Below the pieces are notes generated by a model. It did not search any database, had not been told where the DNA came from, and saw nothing but the letters and a program-made list of their open reading frames with translations. A stretch of 64,000 nt of DNA, from positions 297,290,001 through 297,354,000 of the forward strand of contig OZ024743.1 of the NCBI GenBank assembly GCA_964016885.1, written 5' to 3'. A program made the translations under genes and the position numbers. The DNA is from Eledone cirrhosa. Taxonomy: Eukaryota. Positions 52,601-64,000 of this stretch are shown one piece after another (the first letter of the stretch is position 1; each line of letters opens with the position of its first letter).

Positions 52601-55600
52601 GAGTTAGGAGAGGAGATACCAGTGACGTATGTAAGTGTTAGGAGAGGAGATACCAGTGACGTATGTAAGTGTTACGAGAGGAGATACCAGTGACGTATGT
52701 AAGTGTTATGGGAGGAGATACCAGTGACGTATGTAAGAGTTAGGAGAGGAGATACCAGTGACGTATGTAAGAGTTAGGAGAGGAGATACCAGTGACGTAT
52801 GTAAGAGTTAGGGGAGGAGATACCAGTGACGTATGTAAGTGTTATGGGAGGAGATACCAGTGACGTATGTAAGAGTTACGAGAGGAGATACCAGTGACGT
52901 CTGTAAGAGTTAGGAGAGGAGATACCAGTGACGTATGTAAGAGTTAGGAGAGGATATACCAGTGACGTATGGAAGAGTTAGGAAGGAGATATCAGTGACG
53001 TATGTAAGAGTTAGGAGAGGAGATACCAGTGACGTATGTAAGAGTTAAAAGAGGAGATACCAGTGACGTATGTAAGAGTTAGGAGAGGAGATACCAGTGA
53101 CGTATGTAAGAGTTAGGAGAGGAGATTCCAGTGACGTACGTAAGAGTTAGGAGAGGAGATACCAGTGACGTATGGAAGAGTTAGGAAGGAGATATCAGTG
53201 ACGTATGTAAGAGTTAGGAGAGGATATACCAGTGACGTATGGAAGAGTTAGGAAGGAGATATCAGTGACGTATGTAAGAGTTAGGAGAGGAGATACCAGT
53301 GACGTATGTAAGAGTTAAAAGAGGAGATACCAGTGACGTATGTAAGAGTTAGGAGAGGAGATACCAGTGACGTATGTAAGTGTTACGAGAGGAGATACCA
53401 GTGACGTATGTAAGAGTTACGAGAGGAGATACCAGTGACGTATGTAAGTTTTATGAGAGGAGATATCAGTGACGTATGTAAGAGTTAGGAGAGGAGATAC
53501 CAGTGACGTATGTAAGAGTTAGGAGAGGAGATACCATTGACGTATGTAAGAGTTAGGAGAGGAGATACCAGTGACGTATGGAAGAGTTAGGAAGGAGAAA
53601 TCAGTGACGTATGTAAGAGTTAGCAAGGAGATACGAGTGACGTATGTAAGAGTTAGGGGAGGAGATACCAGTGACGTATGTAAGAGTTAGGAGAGGAGAT
53701 ACCAGTGACGTATGTAAGAGTTAGGAGAGGAGATACCAGTGACGTATGGAAGAGTTAGGAAGGAGATATCAGTGACGTATGTAAGAGTTAGGAGAGGAGA
53801 TACCAGTGACGTATGTAAGAGTTAGGAGAGGAGATACCAGTGACGTATGTAAGAGTTAGGAGAGGAGATACCAGTGACGTTTGTAAGAGTTAGGAGAGGA
53901 GATACCAGTGACGTATGTAAGAGTTAGGAGAGGAGATACCAGTGACGTATGTAAGAGTTAGGAAGGAGATATCAGTGACGTATGTAAGAGTTAGGAGAGG
54001 AGATACCAGTGACGTATGTAAGAGTTAGGAGAGGAGATACCAGTGACGTATGTAAGAGTTAGGAGAGGAGATACCAGTGACGTATGTAAGAGTTAGGAGA
54101 GGAGATACCAGTGACGTATGTAAGAGTTAGGAGAGGAGATACCAGTGACGTATGTAAGTGTTAGGGGAAGAGATACCAGTGACGTATGTAAGAGTTAGCA
54201 AGGAGATACCAGTGACGTATGTAAGAGTTAGGGGAGGAGATACCAGTGACGTATGTAAGAGTTAGGAGAGGAGATACCAGTGACGTATGTAAGAATTAGG
54301 AGAGGAGATACCAGTGACGTATGGAAGAGTTAGGAAGGAGATGTCAGTGACGTATGTAAGAGTTAGGAGAGGAGATACCAGTGACGTATGTAAGAGCTAG
54401 GGGAGGAGATACCAGTGACGTATGTAAGAGTTAGGAGAGGAGATATCAGTGACGTATGTAAGTGTTACGAGAGGAGATACCAGTGACGTATGTAAGAGTT
54501 ACGAGAAGAGATACCAGTGACGTATGTAAGAGTTAGGAGAGGAGATATCAATGACGTATGTAAGAGTTAGGAGAGGAGATACCAGTGACGTATGTAAGTG
54601 TTACGAGAGGAGATATCAGTGACGTATGTAAGTGTTAGGGGAGGAGATACCAGTGACGTTTGTAAGAGTTAGGAGAGGAGATACCAGTGACGTATGTAAG
54701 AGTTAGGAAAGGAGATATCAATGACGTATGTAAGAGTTAGGAGAGGAGATACCAGTGACGTATGTAATAGTTAGGAGAGGAGATACCAGTGACGTATGTA
54801 AGTGTTACGAGAGGAGATACCAGTGACGTATGTAAGTGTTACGAGAGGAGATACCAGTGACGTAAGTAAGAGTTAGGGGAGGAGATACCAGTGACGTATG
54901 TAAGAGTTAGGGGAGGAGATACCAGTGACGTATGTAAGAGTTAGGAGAGGAGATACCAGTGACGTATGTAAGAGTTAGGGGAGGAGATACCAGTGACGTA
55001 TGTAAGAGTTAGGAGAGGAGATACCAGTGCCGTATGTAAGAGTTAGGGGAGGAGATACCAGTGACGTATGTAAGAGTTAAGGGAGGAGATACCAGTGCCG
55101 TATGTAAGAGTTAGGGGAGGAGATACCAGTGACGTATGTAAGAGTTAGGGGAGGAGATACCAGTGACGTATGTAAGAGTTAGGAGAGGAGATACCAGTGA
55201 CGTATGTAAGAGTTAGGGGAGGAGATACCAGTGACGTATGTAAGAGTTAGGAGAGGAAATACCAGTGACGTATGTAAGAGTTAGGGGAGGAGATACCAGT
55301 GACGTATGTAAGAGTTAGGAGAGGAGATACCAGTGCCGTATGTAAGAGTTAGGGTAGGAGATACCAGTGACGTATGTAAGAGTTAGGAAGGAGATATCAG
55401 TGACGTATGTCAGAGTTAGGAGAGGAGATACCAGTGACGTATGTAAGTGTTAGGAGAGGAGATACCAGTGACGTATGTAAGTGTTACGAGAGGAGATACC
55501 AGTGACGTATGTAAGTGTGATGGGAGGAGATACCAGTGACGTATGTAAGAGTTAGGAGAGGAGATACCAGTGACGTATGTAAGAGTTAGGAGAGGAGATA

Positions 55601-58600
55601 CCAGTGACGTATGTAAGAGTTAGGGGAGGAGATATCAGTGACGTATGTAAGAGTTAGCAAGGAGATACCAGTGACGTATGTAAGAGTTAGGGGAGGAGAT
55701 ACCAGTGACGTATGTAAGAGTTAGGAGAGGAGATACCAGTGACGTATGTAAGAATTAGGAGAGGAGATACCAGTGACGTATGGCAGAGTTAGGAAGGAGA
55801 TGTCAGTGACGTATGTAAGAGTTAGGAGAGGAGATATCAGTGACGTATGTAAGTGTTACGAGAGGAGATACCAGTGACGTATGTAAGAGTTACGAGAGGA
55901 GATACCAGTGACGTATGTAAGAGTTAGGAGAGGAGATATCAATGACGTATGTAAGAGTTAGGAGAGGAGATACCAGTGACGTATGTAAGTGTTACGAGAG
56001 GAGATATCAGTGACGTATGTAAGTGTTAGGGGAGGAGATACCAGTGACGTTTGTAAGAGTTAGGAGAGGAGATACCAGTGACGTATGTAAGAGTTAGGAA
56101 AGGAGATATCAATGACGTATGTAAGAGTTAGGAGAGGAGATACCAGTGACGTATGTAATAGTTAGGAGAGGAGATACCAGTGACGTATGTAAGTGTTACG
56201 AGAGGAGATACCAGTGACGTATGTAAGTGTTACGAGAGGAGATACCAGTGACGTAAGTAAGAGTTAGGGGAGGAGATACCAGTGACGTATGTAAGAGTTA
56301 GGGGAGGAGATACCAGTGACGTATGTAAGAGTTAGGAGAGGAGATACCAGTGACGTATGTAAGAGTTAGGGGAGGAGATACCAGTGACGTATGTAAGAGT
56401 TAGGAGAGGAGATACCAGTGCCGTATGTAAGAGTTAGGGGAGGAGATACCAGTGACGTATGTAAGAGTTAAGGGAGGAGATACCAGTGCCGTATGTAAGA
56501 GTTAGGGGAGGAGATACCAGTGACGTATGTAAGAGTTAGGGGAGGAGATACCAGTGACGTATGTAAGAGTTAGGAGAGGAGATACCAGTGACGTATGTAA
56601 GAGTTAGGGGAGGAGATACCAGTGACGTATGTAAGAGTTAGGAGAGGAAATACCAGTGACGTATGTAAGAGTTAGGGGAGGGGATACCAGTGACGTATGT
56701 AAGAGTTAGGAGAGGAGATACCAGTGTCGTATGTAAGAGTTAGGGGAGGAGATACCAGTGACGTATGTAAGAGTTAGGAAGGAGATATCAGTGACGTATG
56801 TCAGAGTTAGGAGAGGAGATACCAGTGACGTATGTAAGTGTTAGGAGAGGAGATACCAGTGACGTATGTAAGTGTTACGAGAGGAGATACCAGTGACGTA
56901 TGTAAGTGTTATGGGAGGAGATACCAGTGACGTATGTAAGAGTTAGGAGAGGAGATACCAGTGACGTATGTAAGAGTTAGGAGAGGAGATACCAGTGACG
57001 TATGTAAGAGTTAGGGGAGGAGATACCAGTGACGTATGTAAGTGTTATGGGAGGAGATACCAGTGACGTATGTAAGAGTTACGAGAGGAGATACCAGTGA
57101 CGTCTGTAAGAGTTAGGACAGGAGATACCAGTGACGTATGTAAGAGTTAGGAGAGGAGATTCCAGTGACGTACGTAAGAGTTAGGAGAGGAGATACCAGT
57201 GACGTATGGAAGAGTTAGGAAGGAGATATCAGTGACGTATGTAAGAGTTAGGAGAGGATATACCAGTGACGTATGGAAGAGTTAGGAAGGAGATATCAGT
57301 GACGTATGTAAGAGTTAGGAGAGGAGATACCAGTGACGTATGTAAGAGTTAAAAGAGGTGATACCAGTGACGTATGTAAGAGTTAGGAGAGGAGATACCA
57401 GTGACGTATGTAAGAGTTAGGAGAGGAGATTCCAGTGACGTACGTAAGAGTTAGGAGAGGAGATACCAGTGACGTATGGAAGAGTTAGGAAGGAGATATC
57501 AGTGACGTATGTAAGAGTTAGGAGAGGATATACCAGTGACGTATGGAAGAGTTAGGAAGGAGATATCAGTGACGTATGTAAGAGTTAGGAGAGGAGATAC
57601 CAGTGACGTATGTAAGAGTTAAAAGAGGAGATACCAGTGACGTATGTAAGAGTTAGGAGAGGAGATACCAGTGACGTATGTAAGTGTTACGAGAGGAGAT
57701 ACCAGTGACGTATGTAAGAGTTACGAGAGGAGATACCAGTGACGTATGTAAGTTTTATGAGAGGAGATATCAGTGACGTATGTAAGAGTTAGGAGAGGAG
57801 ATACCAGTGACGTATGTAAGAGTTAGGAGAGGAGATACCAGTGACGTATGTAAGAGTTAGGAGAGGAGATACCAGTGACGTATGGAAGAGTTAGGAAGGA
57901 GAAATCAGTGACGTATGTAAGAGTTAGCAAGGAGATACCAGTGACGTATGTAAGAGTTAGGGGAGGAGATACCAGTGACGTATGTAAGAGTTAGGAGAGG
58001 AGATACCAGTGACGTATGTAAGAATTAGGAGAGGAGATACCAGTGACGTATGGAAGAGTTAGGAAGGAGATGTCAGTGACGTATGTAAGAGTTAGGAGAG
58101 GAGATACCAGTGACGTATGTAAGAGCTAGGGGAGGAGATACCAGTGACGTATGTAAGAGTTAGGAGAGGAGATATCAGTGACGTATGTAAGTGTTACGAG
58201 AGGAGATACCAGTGACGTATGTAAGAGTTACGAGAGGAGATATCAATGACGTATGTAAGAGTTAGGAGAGGAGATACCAGTGACGTATGTAAGTGTTACG
58301 AGAGGAGATATCAGTGACGTATGTAAGTGTTAGGGGAGGAGATACCAGTGACGTTTGTAAGAGTTAGGAGAGGAGATACCAGTGACGTATGTAAGAGTTA
58401 GGAAAGGAGATATCAATGACGTATGTAAGAGTTAGGAGAGGAGATACCAGTGACGTATGTAATAGTTAGGAGAGGAGATACCAGTGACGTATGTAAGTGT
58501 TACGAGAGGAGATACCAGTGACGTATGTAAGTGTTACGAGAGGAGATACCAGTGACGTAAGTAAGAGTTAGGGGAGGAGATACCAGTGACGTATGTAAGA

Positions 58601-61600
58601 GTTAGGGGAGGAGATACCAGTGACGTATGTAAGAGTTAGGAGAGGAGATACCAGTGACGTATGTAAGAGTTAGGGGAGGAGATACCAGTGACGTATGTAA
58701 GAGTTAGGAGAGGAGATACCAGTGCCGTATGTAAGAGTTAGGGGAGGAGATACCAGTGACGTATGTAAGAGTTAAGGGAGGAGATACCAGTGCCGTATGT
58801 AAGAGTTAGGGGAGGAGATACCAGTGACGTATGTAAGAGTTAGGGGAGGAGATACCAGTGACGTATGTAAGAGTTAGGAGAGGAGATACCAGTGACGTAT
58901 GTAAGAGTTAGGGGAGGAGATACCAGTGACGTATGTAAGAGTTAGGAGAGGAAATAACAGTGACGTATGTAAGAGTTAGGGGAGGAGATACCAGTGACGT
59001 ATGTAAGAGTTAGGAGAGGAGATACCAGTGCCGTATGTAAGAGTTAGGGTAGGAGATACCAGTGACGTATGTAAGAGTTAGGAAGGAGATATCAGTGACG
59101 TATGTCAGAGTTAGGAGAGGAGATACCAGTGACGTATGTAAGTGTTAGGAGAGGAGATACCAGTGACGTATGTAAGTGTTACGAGAGGAGATACCAGTGA
59201 CGTATGTAAGTGTTATGGGAGGAGATACCAGTGACGTATGTAAGAGTTACGAGAGGAGATACCAGTGACGTATGTAAGAGATAGGAGAGGAGATTCCAGT
59301 GACGTACGTAAGAGTTAGGAGAGGAGATACCAGTGACGTATGGAAGAGTTAGGAAGGAGATATCAGTGACGTATGTAAGAGTTAGGAGAGGATATACCAG
59401 TGACGTATGGAAGAGTTAGGAAGGAGATATCAGTGACGTATGTAAGGGTTAGGAGAGGAGATACCAGTGACGTATGTAAGAGTTAAAAGAGGAGATACCA
59501 GTGACGTATGTAAGAGTTAGGAGAGGAGATACCAGGGACGTATGTAAGAGTTAGGAGAGGAGATTCCAGTGACGTACGTAAGAGTTAGGAGAGGAGATAC
59601 CAGTGACGTATGGAAGAGTTAGGAAGGAGATATCAGTGACGTATGTAAGAGTTAGGAGAGGAGATACCAGTGACGTATGTAAGAGTTAAAAGAGGTGATA
59701 CCAGTGACGTATGTAAGAGTTAGTAGAGGAGATACCAGTGACGTATGTAAGAGTTAGGAGAGGAGATTCCAGTGACGTACGTAAGAGTTAGGAGAGGAGA
59801 TACCAGTGACGTATGTAAGAGTTAGGAGAGGAGATACCAGTGACGTATGTAAGTGTTACGAGAGGAGATACCAGTGACGTATGTAAGTGTTACGAGAGGA
59901 GATACCAGTGACGTATGTAAGAGTTACGAGAGGAGATACCAGTGACGTATGTAAGTGTTATGAGAGGAGATATCAGTGACGTATGTAAGAGTTAGGAGAG
60001 GAGATACCAGTGACGTATGTAAGAGTTAGGAGAAGAGATACCAGTGACGTATGTAAGAGTTAGGAGAGGAGATACCAGTGACGTATGTAAGAGTTAGGAG
60101 AGGAGATACCAGTGACGTATGGAAGAGTTAGGAAGGAGAAATCAGTGACGTATGTAAGAGTTAGCAAGGAGATACCAGTGACGTATGTAAGAGTTAGGGG
60201 AGGAGATACCAGTGACGTATGTAAGAGTTAGGAGAGGAGATACCAGTGACGTATGTAAGAGTTAGGAGAGGAGATACCAGTGACGTATGGAAGAGTTAGG
60301 AAGGAGATATCAGTGACGTATGTAAGAGTTAGGAGAGGAGATACCAGTGACGTATGTAAGAGTTAGGAGAGGAGATACCAGTGACGTATGTAAGAGTTAG
60401 GAGAGGAGATACCAGTGACGTTTGTAAGAGTTAGGAGAGGACATACCAGTGACGTATGCAAGAGTTAGGAGAGGAGATACCAGTGAGCGTATGTAAGAGT
60501 TAGGAAGGAGATATCAGTGACGTATGTAAGAGTTAGGAGAGGAGATACCAGTGACGTATGTAAGAGTTCGGAGAGGAGATACCAGTGACGTATGTAAGAG
60601 TTAGGAGAGGAGATACCAGTGACGTATGTAAGAGTTAGGAGAGGAGATACCAGTGACGTATGTAAGTGTTAGGGGAAGAGATACCAGTGACGTATGTAAG
60701 AGTTACGAGAGGAGATACCGGTGACGTATGTAAGTGTTAGGGGAGGAGATACCAGTGACGTATGTAAGAGTTAGGAGAGGAGATACCAGTGACGTATGTA
60801 AGAGTTAGGAGAGGAGATATCAGTGACGTATGTCAGAGTTAGGAAGGAGATACCAGTGCCGAATGTAAGTGTTACGAGAGGAGATACCAGTGACGTATGT
60901 AAGAGCTAGGGGAGGAGATACCAGTGACGTATGTAAGAGTTAGGAGAGGAGATACGAGTGCCGTATGTAAGAGTTAGGGGAGGAGATACCAGTGACGTAT
61001 GTAAGAGTTAGGAGAGGAGATACCAGTGACGTATGTAAGAGCTAGGGGAGGAAATACCAGTGACGTATGTAAGAGTTAGGAGAGGAGATACCAGTGACGT
61101 ATGTAAGAGTCAGGAGAGGAGATACCAGTGACGTATGTAAGAGTTAGGAGAGGAGATACCAGTGACGTATGTAAGAGTTACGAGAGGAGATACCAGTGAC
61201 GTATGTAAGTGTTATGAGAGGAGATATCAGTGACGTATGTAAGAGTTAGGAGAGGAGATACCAGTGAAGTATGTAAGAGTTAGGAGGGGAGATACCAGTG
61301 ACGTATGTAAGAGTTAGGAGAGGAGATACCAGTGACGTATGTAAGAGTTAGGAGAGGAGATACCAGTGACGTATGTAAGAGTTAGGAGAGGAGATACCAG
61401 TGACGTATGGAAGAGTTAGGAAGGAGATATCAGTGACGTATGTAAGAGTTAGCAAGGAGATACCAGTGACGTATGTAAGAGTTAGGGGAGGAGATACCAG
61501 TGACGTATGTAAGAGATAGGAGAGGAGATACCAGTGACGTATGGAAGAGTTAGGAAGGAGATGTCAGTGACGTATGTAAGAGTTAGGAGAGGAGATACCA

Positions 61601-64000
61601 GTGACGTATGTAAGAGTTAGGAGAGGAGATACCAGTGACGTATGTAAGAGTTAGGAGAGGAGATACCAGTGACGTATGTAAGAGTTAGGAAGGAGATATC
61701 AGTGTCGTATGTAAAGGTTAGGAGAGGAGATACCAGTGACGTATGTAAGAGTTAGGAGAGCAGATACCAGTAACGTATGTAAGAGTTAGGAGAGGAGATA
61801 CAAGTGATGTATGTAAGAGTTAAGAGAGGAGATAGCGGTGACGTATTTAAGTGTTAGGAGAGGACATATCAGTGCCGTATGTAAGAGCTAGGGGAGGAGA
61901 TACCAGTGACGTATGTAAGAGCTAGGGGAGGAGATACCAGTGACGTATGTAAGAGTTAGGAGAGGAGATACCCGTGACGTATGTAAGAGTTAGGGGAGGA
62001 GATACCAGTGACGTATGTAAGAGTTACGAGAGGAGATACCAGTGACGTCTGTAAGAGTTAGGAGAGGAGATACCAGTGACGTATGTAAGAGTTAGGAGAG
62101 GAGATTCCAGTGACGTACGTAAGAGTTAGGAGAGGAGATACCAGTGACGTATGGAAGAGTTAGGAAGGAGATATCAGTGACGTATGTAAGAGTTAGGAGA
62201 GGATATACCAGTGACGTATGGAAGAGTTAGGAAGGAGATATCAGTGACGTATGTAAGAGTTAGGAGAGGAGATACCAGTGACGTATGTAAGAGTTAGGAG
62301 AGGAGATACCAGTGACGTATGTAAGAGTTAGGAGAGGAGATTCCAGTGACGTACGTAAGAGTTAGGAGAGGAGATACCAGTGACGTATGTAAGAGTTAGG
62401 AGAGGAGATACCAGTGACGTATGTAAGTGTTACGAGAGGAGATACCAGTGACGTATGTAAGTGTTACGAGAGGAGATACCAGTGACGTATGTAAGAGTTA
62501 CGAGAGGAGATACCAGTGACGTATGTAAGTGTTATGAGAGGAGATATCAGTGACGTATGTAAGAGTTAGGAGAGGAGATACCAGTGACGTATGTAAGAGT
62601 TAGGAGAAGAGATACCAGTGACGTATGTAAGAGTTAGGAGAGGAGATACCAGTGCCGTATGTAAGAGTTAGGAGAGGAGATACCAGTGACGTATGGAAGA
62701 GTTAGGAAGGAGAAATCAGTGACGTATGTAAGAGTTAGCAAGGAGATACCAGTGACGTATGTAAGAGTTAGGGGAGGAGATACCAGTGACGTATGTAAGA
62801 GTTAGGAGAGGAGATACCAGTGACGTATGTAAGAGTTAGGAGAGGAGATACCAGTGACGTATGGAAGAGTTAGGAAGGAGATATCAGTGACGTATGTAAG
62901 AGTTAGGAGAGGAGATACCAGTGACGTATGTAAGAGTTAGGAGAGGAGATACCAGTGACGTATGTAAGAGTTAGGAGAGGAGATACCAGTGACGTTTGTA
63001 AGAGTTAGGAGAGGAGATACCAGTGACGTATGCAAGAGTTAGGAGAGGAGATACCAGTGACGTATGTAAGAGTTAGGAAGGAGATATCAGTGACGTATGT
63101 AAGAGTTAGGAGAGGAGATACCAGTGACGTATGTAAGAGTTCGGAGAGGAGATACCAGTGACGTATGTAAGAGTTAGGAGAGGAGATACCAGTGACGTAT
63201 GTAAGAGTTAGGAGAGGAGATACCAGTGACGTATGTAAGTGTTAGGGGAAGAGATACCAGTGACGTATGTAAGAGTTACGAGAGGAGATACCGGTGACGT
63301 ATGTAAGTGTTAGGGGAGGAGATACCAGTGACGTATGTAAGAGTTAGGAGAGGAGATACCAGTGACGTATGTAAGAGTTAGGAGAGGAGATATCAGTGAC
63401 GTATGTCAGAGTTAGGAAGGAGATACCAGTGCCGAATGTAAGTGTTACGAGAGGAGATACCAGTGACGTATGTAAGAGCTAGGGGAGGAGATACCAGTGA
63501 CGTATGTAAGAGTTAGGAGAGGAGATACGAGTGCCGTATGTAAGAGTTAGGGGAGGAGATACTAGTGACGTATGTAAGAGTTAGGAGAGGAGATACCAGT
63601 GACGTATGTAAGACCTAGGGGAGGAGATACCAGTGACGTATGTAAGAGTTAGGAGAGGAGATACCAGTGACGTATGTAAGAGTCAGGAGAGGAGATACCA
63701 GTGACGTATGTAAGAGTTAGGAGAGGAGATACCAGTGACGTATGTAAGAGTTACGAGAGGAGATACCAGTGACGTATGTAAGTGTTATGAGAGGAGATAT
63801 CAGTGACGTATGTAAGAGTTAGGAGAGGAGATACCAGTGAAGTATGTAAGAGTTAGGAGGGGAGATACCAGTGACGTATGTAAGAGTTAGGAGAGGAGAT
63901 ACCAGTGACGTATGTAAGAGTTAGGAGAGGAGATACCAGTGACGTATGTAAGAGTTAGGAGAGGAGATACCAGTGACGTATGGAAGAGTTAGGAAGGAGA
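43607..64000 (+). repeat. 34-bp tandem satellite array, about 600 units, runs off the window end
   Basis: Consensus GTAAGAGTTAGGAGAGGAGATACCAGTGACGTAT, with recurrent 33-bp (TTAGGAAGGAG) and SNP variants. No inserted elements seen. Confidence 0.99.

Noticed and set aside
43607-64000. CRISPR-like array (34-bp repeats)
   Set aside because: Units are head-to-tail with no unique spacers, there are no cas genes, and the context is eukaryotic.

Overview
Repeat-rich, AT-rich animal genomic DNA. The SINE, RTE and Dong repertoire resembles octopus/cephalopod genomes (inference). I cannot support any intact host protein-coding gene. The window has four zones. (1) 1-19 kb: microsatellites, minisatellites, decayed RTE-clade LINEs, tRNA-derived SINEs and Penelope-type terminal fragments, one carrying a minimal hammerhead ribozyme core. 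(2) About 19-35.5 kb: a dense, strand-ordered pile-up of retroelements built on (CATA)n microsatellites. Two distinct R4/Dong-clade restriction-like-endonuclease (RLE) LINE families all lie on the + strand; one copy is full length and reconstructs to about 1217 aa. They alternate with short minus-strand RTE-derived elements (5'UTR fused to 3' end, or 3' ends only) whose tails are (TATG)n, the same repeat the Dong elements insert into. (3) 35.5-43.6 kb: an internally deleted RTE and SINEs. (4) 43.6 kb to the end: a 34-bp satellite of about 600 units containing TTAGG(G) and TGACGTA, with kb-scale higher-order duplications and a layered haplotype structure.
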